Part shown: one piece after another, positions 56,255 to 64,000 of the stretch | How the letters are laid out: every line of letters begins with the position of its first letter | How positions within the stretch are numbered: the stretch's first letter is position 1 | Assembly: GCA_951406725.2 (NCBI GenBank) | Contig: OX597814.1 | Span: 19,282,001 to 19,346,000, forward strand | Reading direction: 5' to 3' | Source: Octopus vulgaris | Taxonomy: Eukaryota | Length of the DNA stretch: 64,000 bases | Program-made: the position numbers and the translations under genes | Notes under the pieces: generated by a model | Databases searched by the model: none | Told to the model about the DNA's origin: nothing | Seen by the model: only the letters and a program-made list of their open reading frames with translations

Positions 56255-56672
56255 GGCGCAGGAGTGGCTGTGTGGTAAGTAGCTTGTTTACCAACCACAT
56301 GGTTCCGGGTTCAGCCCCACTGCGTGGCACCTTGGGCAAGTGTCTTCTGCTATAGCCTCGGGCCGACCAATGCCTTGTGAGTGGATTTGGTAGACGGAAA
56401 CTGAAAGAAGCCCGTCGTATATATGTATATATATATGCGTGTGTGTGTTTGTGTGTCTGTGATTGTTTCCCTAGCATTGCTTGACAACCGATGCTGGTGT
56501 GTTTATGTCCCCGTTTCTTAGCGGTTCGGCAAAAGAGACCGATAGAATAAGTACTGGGCTTACAAAAGAATAAGTCCCGGGGTCGAGTTGCTCGATTTAA
56601 GGCAGTGCTCCAGCATGGCCGCAGTCAAATGACTGAAACAAGTAAAAGAGAAAAGTGAAAAAGAGAAAAGAG
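56255..56672 (+). mobile_element. SINE family B (tRNA head, CORE-like CCTTGGGCAAGTG, internal TA/TG microsatellite, (AAAAGAGT)n-like tail)
   Basis: A box TGGCTGTGTGG and B box GGTTCAG(T/C)CCC. Other copies: 6677-7083(-), 12090-12523(-), 15245-15677(-), 61197-61655(+), 62117-62477(-); partial copies at 58409-58556 and 59740-59885. Confidence 0.85.
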
Positions 56673-56787
56673 ATGAGAATGTTCGGCGTCATGCTGGGTT
56701 TTCCGATTTTAACGGCTGGTTGAAACCAAACCACCACGCTAAAGATTATAGTGCCATCATTGAGCAAGCAATATTTTAAGTGCGGCT

Positions 56788-57192
56788 AAGGAGGCGAGCT
56801 GGCAGAAACATTAGCACGCCGGGCGAAACGCTTAGCGGTATTTCGTCAGCCGTTACGTTCTGAGTTCAAATTCCGCCGAGGTCGACTTTGCCTTTCATCC
56901 TTTCGGGGTCGATAAATTAAGTACCAGTTACGCACTGGGGTCGATGTAATCGACTTAATCCGTTTGTCTCTCCTTGTTTGTCCTTTCTGTGTTTAGCCCC
57001 TTGTGGGTAGTAAAGAAATAGGTATTTCGTCTGTCTTTACGATCTGAGTTCAAATTCCGCCGAGGTCGACTTTACTTTTTATCCTTTTGGTGTCCATGAA
57101 TTAAGTTCCAGTTGCGTACTGGAGTTGATCTAATCGACTGGCCCCTTCCCCGCGAAAATTTTGAGCCTTATGCCTAGAGTAGAAAAGAATAT
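56788..57192 (+). mobile_element. SINE family A (tRNA-like head plus GTCGACTTTGCCTTTCATCCTTTCGGGGTCGAT core), dimeric copy
   Basis: A-box-like TGGCAGAAAC and B-box GAGTTCAAATT. Other copies: 1560-1785(+), 1895-2477(-), 14512-14645(-), 17727-17959(-), 20687-20918(-), ~25470-25600(+), 35433-35830(-); decayed at ~38390, ~39230-39570, ~45145. Confidence 0.85.
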
Positions 57193-57366
57193 TTTAAGTG
57201 AGGTTCTATAATACTTAAATTTATTTAGTTTCTTCTGGTGCAACTGCATTGAATAGGTGTCTTAAATGGCCACAATTCGATAACATAAAATGTACAAGAA
57301 TACAATATAAAAGCATGCATACACATGTCTTTGCATGTGCGTGTATATATATATACATATTTCTGT

Positions 57367-57400
<34 letters not shown>

Positions 57401-58123
57401 AGACATATAAATACATCACGTATATCCACACACATATATGAATATATAACAGATAATGATACATAATATTGATCCTAATAACTACAATAACAGAAGGAGG
57501 TGGAGGAGGAATCGAAGACTAGCGACGATAACAGCAGCAACATAAACATGAGCTGTTAAAAAAAAAAGTGAAGGAAGTCAACACCAACAACAAATTATAT
57601 AAAAACAAATAAGAGCACGAACATATACGCTAAATGTCGTCAGTATGGACTGTTTGACTATAGGATAGCTGATGTGCTTGTTGCATAGCCGGTACGGCCT
57701 AATACTGAATACCTACACAGCTCTAATGTAGCAGGTGGCTATTTGTATAAGGAAATATGTCACTTATACCAGTAACTGGTATGAATGCACACCAAAGGGT
57801 TCAAGTAGATTCGTTTTTTTTGTTTTTAATTTTGGAATAGCGAGATCTTATTGAATAAGGAATACGGGAATAGGAAAAGAGAATATCACTGCACCAAATC
57901 TATAGGGAAAAAAAACAACTTAAGTTTAATTATCCTAATTGGCGTGATTGTGAGGTTACGAAAGTCGTTTTCCAGCCATGTGCTTTTGGGTTAAGTCCCA
58001 TAGAGTGACACTTTGGCGAGTATCTTGCTACAATAGATCGGAGCCGAACGTTTACTCTCGTGAGTGAGTGAGTGTTTGTGTATACACACACACACACACA
58101 CACGCGCACACACACACACACAC

Positions 58124-58196
<73 letters not shown>

Positions 58197-58302
58197 GCAT
58201 ACATTTATATATAACTTTGATAAATTTCATAGGTTTCGGCCAGTATAGGCCCATGCCATGTCTAACTTAAAAGCACCACCTGACAAACACATAGACACAT
58301 GC

Positions 58303-58388
<86 letters not shown>

Positions 58389-58554
58389 ATGTGTGTATGT
58401 GTGTGTATCGGCGCAGGCGTGGCTGTGTGGTGAAATCTTGCTTCCCAACTACATGGTTCCGGGTTCAGTTCTACTATAGTGTTTTCTACTATAGCCTCTG
58501 GCCGACCAAGGCCTTGCAAGTGGATTTGCTTGACGGAAACTGGAAGAAGCCCTC

Positions 58555-58620
<66 letters not shown>

Positions 58621-58850
58621 TTTTTAATTCACGTTGCTCCAGTCAACTCACCTGGCAAAAATGAGTTGTACCTGTATCTCAAAGTGCCAGCCTCGTCACA
58701 CTGTGCCACGCTGAATCTCCCTGTGAACTACGTTAAGGGTACACGTGTCTGTGGAGTGCGCAGCCATTTACACATTAATTTCACGAGCAAGCTGTTCCAT
58801 TGACCGTATCAGCTGCGACTCTCGTCATAGTAACCGACGGAGTGCTCCTC

Positions 58851-58928
<78 letters not shown>

Positions 58929-59287
58929 AAAGTATGTATGTATGTATGCATGTATGTATGTATGTATGTATGTACGTACGTATGTATGTATGTATGTATG
59001 TATGTATGTATATATGTTAGTATGTATGTATGCATATTTAGAGTGTTTTGAAAATTCCTTGATACAGTTATAATATTTGGAGAGAAGATTTTTTTCTCAA
59101 AGAGTTAATATTGCGAAAGAAACCTTTTAAGAAAGTCGAAAGACACTAATTTTTGGGAAAAGATTTCACAAAATGTGTGTAGGCTTTACTTTTATAAACG
59201 TGCAAGCGTTTTTAGTTCTTAACGTTTTCAAGCACGTGTTAACATCTATAAAAGTTAAGCCTATACACATTTTGTGTGTGTGTGTGC

Positions 59288-59372
<85 letters not shown>

Positions 59373-59499
59373 AATTGCGAGGATGATCCGGTTCTTGACT
59401 GAAGATTGAAGGCTTCGAATGTTCCGTCCGTGTTTTTTGTATCGTCTTGTAAATGTTTTGCGTTCTTGTCCCAGTTTGTATTTTTTTACACACAAATAT

Positions 59500-59554
<55 letters not shown>

Positions 59555-60122
59555 TAATCCAAACAAGAAAACAAAAAAGACAACAATGCAAAGAGGTGGA
59601 ACAATTAAAGTATTATTAGGCGCTCAGGAAAAAAGGGAAGAAGGAGGGTATGTATGTATATATATGTATATGTGTATATATGTATGTATGTGGGTATTTA
59701 TATTTGTTTGACTTTGTGTATGTCATTGTCTTCATACCATCAGCTGACAACCGATGCTGGTATGTTTATGCCCCTGCAAAAGGGGCTCGATAGAATAAGT
59801 CCTGGTGTCGACTAAAACCCTTTAAGGAGGTGCTGTAACATAGCCGCAGTCAAATGACTGAAACCTGTAAAAGAACAAAAGAAAGGAATATATACATAGG
59901 CACTCCGTCGCTTACGACGAGGGTTCCAGCTCATCCGATTAACAGAACATTTTGCCTGTGAGATTAACGTGCAAGTGGCTGAGCACTCCACAGACGCACG
60001 TACCTGTTCAAATATTCAGTGTGACAGAGTGTGGCAAGGCTGGCCCACTGACATACAGGTACTACCTGTAGATCGCTATCCAAATACCCTAGCCACAAAG
60101 CCACTCGCCTTCGTGCGCGCAA

Positions 60123-60173
<51 letters not shown>

Positions 60174-60289
60174 TGTGTGCGTGTGTGCGTTACGTTAAGT
60201 TACGAAGACGTAAACACCACCATCGGTTGTCAAGCAATGTTGGTGGGGGAGAAACAGACACACAAGCACAAACACACACACACACACAT

Positions 60290-60344
<55 letters not shown>

Positions 60345-61354
60345 TGTATATATATATATATTTATATATGCGTGTATATATATATATATATACATGTATT
60401 ACATGTATTTATACACACGAATTTGTATATATACTTATATATTTATGTATTTATATATATATATATATTATATATATATATAATATAAATAGTATATAAA
60501 TATACCATATATACGTACATATAAATACATACCTACATATATATGTATATACACATGCATATATGGGTACAGGGCATCAAAAACCGTGGACAAAATAAGA
60601 AACGAGAACATAAAAAACAAAATCATTGAAAACGAACTTTTTTCGAACAACGAAAGAAACAAATAGAGAAACGAGACAGACAACATAAAGAACATTCCCT
60701 TCCTCAGTTATCCCCTGTTTTATCTACTCCGCGTATCAAAGGTAAGGACAAGACACATCGTTAAAACAGTCCTTCCCGCAAAGCAAATTAAATAAAATTT
60801 GGGATATTTTGCGGAGGGTTAAAGTGGTAAGAAAACAAGACAGTGAGAACAAAACAGTAAAAACAAACGGAGAGGGCTGTTAAGTCAAGACCATGTGAAG
60901 TAGGGAAAGCCAGAATAACGAGCTTTGTGAAGAGATAGATAAAAGCCCGTCTTGTCTTAAGGAAGGATGTGGAAGAAAGATGGATGGCCGTTAGTCACGT
61001 GTGAGGAACGAGAGAGTCAAGGAGGAAGAGTTTGAGAGAGTGGGAACGTTGAAGGGGAGAGGAGAAAACTAGGGAAAGGGTGGGAGAGAAAAACAGAAAG
61101 GAACAAGAACAAGAAAGGGAGATAAACAGAGAAGAGATAGAATAAGAGTGCGCATCGTAATTTGTGTGTATGTTTGTGTGTTTATGTATGTATATAGGCG
61201 CAGGAGTGGCTGTGTGGTAAGTAGCTTGCTAATCAACCACATGGTTCCGGGTTCAGTCCCACTGCGTGGCATCCTGGACAAGTGTCTTCTGCTCTAGCCC
61301 CGGGCCGACCAATGCCTTGTGAGTGGATTTGGTAGACTGGAAACTGAAAGAAAC

Positions 61355-61447
<93 letters not shown>

Positions 61448-61953
61448 TGTGTCTGTGTTTGTCCCCCTAGCATTGCTTGGCAACCGATGCTGGTGTGTTT
61501 ATGTCCCGTCACTTAGCGGTTCGGCAAAAAGAGACCGATAGAATAAGTACTGGGCTGACAAAGAATAAGTCCCGGGGTTGATTTACTCGACTAAAGGCGG
61601 TGCTCCAGCATGGCCGCAGTCAAATGACTGAAACAAGTAAAAGAGTAAAAGAGAGTATATATATATTTGTGTCTGTCCCTGCCCCCACTTTTAGCAACAG
61701 CCGTATTAAGCACGCCGTTCAGTAAAAGGTAACGATTCGTTAACGATTCTACCATTTTTCAGGGAGGCTGGCTGAGAGCTGAAGTTGACCTCATCATCGG
61801 TTAATGAAATTTGTACGTAAAGAACCATAACTGAATACAGTAATACATTTTGTTCGACACACCTACAACTTTTCACCAATCCACCGCTTTGTATCTAGTA
61901 ATAATTACGAAAATACTATTCCACATCTACTACTACTACTACTACTACTGCTG

Positions 61954-62048
<95 letters not shown>

Positions 62049-62477
62049 TATTATTATATAATAATAATAATAATAACAACAACAACAACAATAACAATAA
62101 CAACAATAATAATAATACTCTTTTACTTGTTTCAGTCATTTGACTGCGGCCATGCTGGAGCACCGCCTTTAGTCGAGCAAATATTCTTTGTAAGCCTAGT
62201 ACTTATTCTATCGGTCTCTTTTGCCGAACCGCTAGGTTGCGGGGACGAAAACACCAGCATCGGTTCTCAAGCGATGCTGGGAGAACAAACACAGACATAC
62301 AAACATACACACACACACATACATATATACCACGGGCTTCTTTTAGTTTCTTTCTACCAAATCCACTCACAAGGCTTTGGTCGGCCCGAGGCTAAAGAAG
62401 AAGACACTTTGCTACGCAGTGGGACTGAACTCAGAGCCATGTGGTTGGTAAGCAAGCCACTTGCCACTCAGCCACAC

Positions 62478-62925
62478 AGATACACACAGATAGAGAAATT
62501 AAAGCCAATAGGCCAGATATAGTTGACAGAAATCATGAAGATAATAAAATGCTTTCTGATTGATGTATAAATACCAGCAAATGACAACGTTTCTCTAAAG
62601 CAAATGGAGAAACTTTCAAAACACAAAGACCTGGAAATAGAGGTAACTTGAATGTGGAATCTAAAAACAGAAAGAAATACCTATCATAGTAGGCGCATTA
62701 GGTATGATAAAAAAAATTATTCAGACAAATATATAACAAAAACACCAGGACTTACACATATATATAACATACAGAAAATTGTACTACTAGGCACTTCATA
62801 CATCCTACGCAAAACACTTTCAATACAGTAACCATAAGAGCATCAAACCAAACCACAGCACAAACCCAAGGCACACAGTGCTGCGCTCGGTAGTGAAGTG
62901 AAAGCATGCTTTAAAAGTAATACTA

Positions 62926-62928
<3 letters not shown>
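62478..62928 (+). mobile_element. Second copy of the same R4/Dong-like 3' end, followed by (TAA)n
   Basis: HTDREIKANRPDIV...CFLIDV...EKLSKHKDLEIE...PIIVGALG...ILRKTLS. The 3'UTR matches 32398-32500 and runs into (TAA)n. Confidence 0.85.
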
Positions 62929-63007
<79 letters not shown>

Positions 63008-63086
63008 GTAATAATAATAATAATAATGATGATAGTAGTAGTAGTAGTAGTAATAATAATAATAATAATAAAAATAAAAATAATAA

Positions 63087-63146
<60 letters not shown>

Positions 63147-63171
63147 TAAAAATAATAATAATAATAAAAAT

Positions 63172-63238
<67 letters not shown>

Positions 63239-64000
63239 TAATGATAATAGTAATAATAATGATGATGATGATGACGATGATGATGACAATATTGATGATG
63301 ATGATATCAACAATACTAATACTAATACTATTAGTAATGATGATAAAGATAATAATGATAATGTTAATAATAATTCCGTCAAAAATTATTGTAAAAAGAT
63401 TAATTTTATTCCCTTGATATTTGGTTCTCATTAGATTTCCTTGATTAAAATCAATTAATATTTCAACTCATCAGAGCATTTCCCTTGTGTATATATGTGT
63501 GTGATTAAGTGTGCGCATGAAAAAACTCTGTGTGTGTGTGTGTGTATCGCGCGCGAGATGGTGTTTTTGTGTGGCTGTATATGTGTCTAAGTATCTGTTT
63601 ACAAATACCTGCGCACGTGGAAGTATTTGCATGCAACTGTATATCTGTCTTACGAATTCATTTACAGATTTTTGTGCATCCGTAGGTGTTTGTGTCTTTG
63701 CCTAGAAGCGTGTATGTCCAGGTATGCCGCTCATCTGTATGCGTCGGTGTGTGTTAGCAAATACAGTTATGTTTACTATGCTAGTGTATGTGAGAGTGAG
63801 TATGTGTGCCCGGTGTTGGTGTGTATGGGTGTGTATATATATAACAGTATAACTGAGATGTGTTGAAGTACGCTTACATGTAGGCCTGAATGTGTCAGAG
63901 CGGTTGCCTACAGGCAAGAGTATGGGTGTGTGGGGCGTATATGCTTACGATGGACTGTCTCGCTGTGCGTGTGTGTGTAGCCATATATACATGTATGTGG

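Overview
AT-rich, microsatellite-saturated eukaryotic intronic or intergenic DNA. The repeat landscape suggests an octopus/cephalopod genome (inference). No host exon could be supported, and nearly all listed ORFs are simple-repeat or SINE artefacts. Contents: (i) one intact 5'-truncated Tx1/L1-clade LINE ORF2 end sitting inside a (GATA)n tract, plus two decayed relatives; (ii) R4/Dong-clade LINE relics and 3' ends in (TAA)n, with an unclassified ~555-bp non-coding (TAA)n-inserted retroposon; (iii) several modular tRNA-derived SINE families; (iv) a Helitron, MITEs, and mariner, hAT and Penelope relics. The most notable signal is a set of short non-coding elements, mostly embedded in (TA)n, that carry type-I minimal hammerhead ribozymes with palindromic stem III (about 5 near-intact, about 6 decayed). 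Several have a fold-back architecture, and in one the perfect inverted arm ends 2 nt from the predicted cleavage site. Each retroelement class appears to occupy its own microsatellite type.
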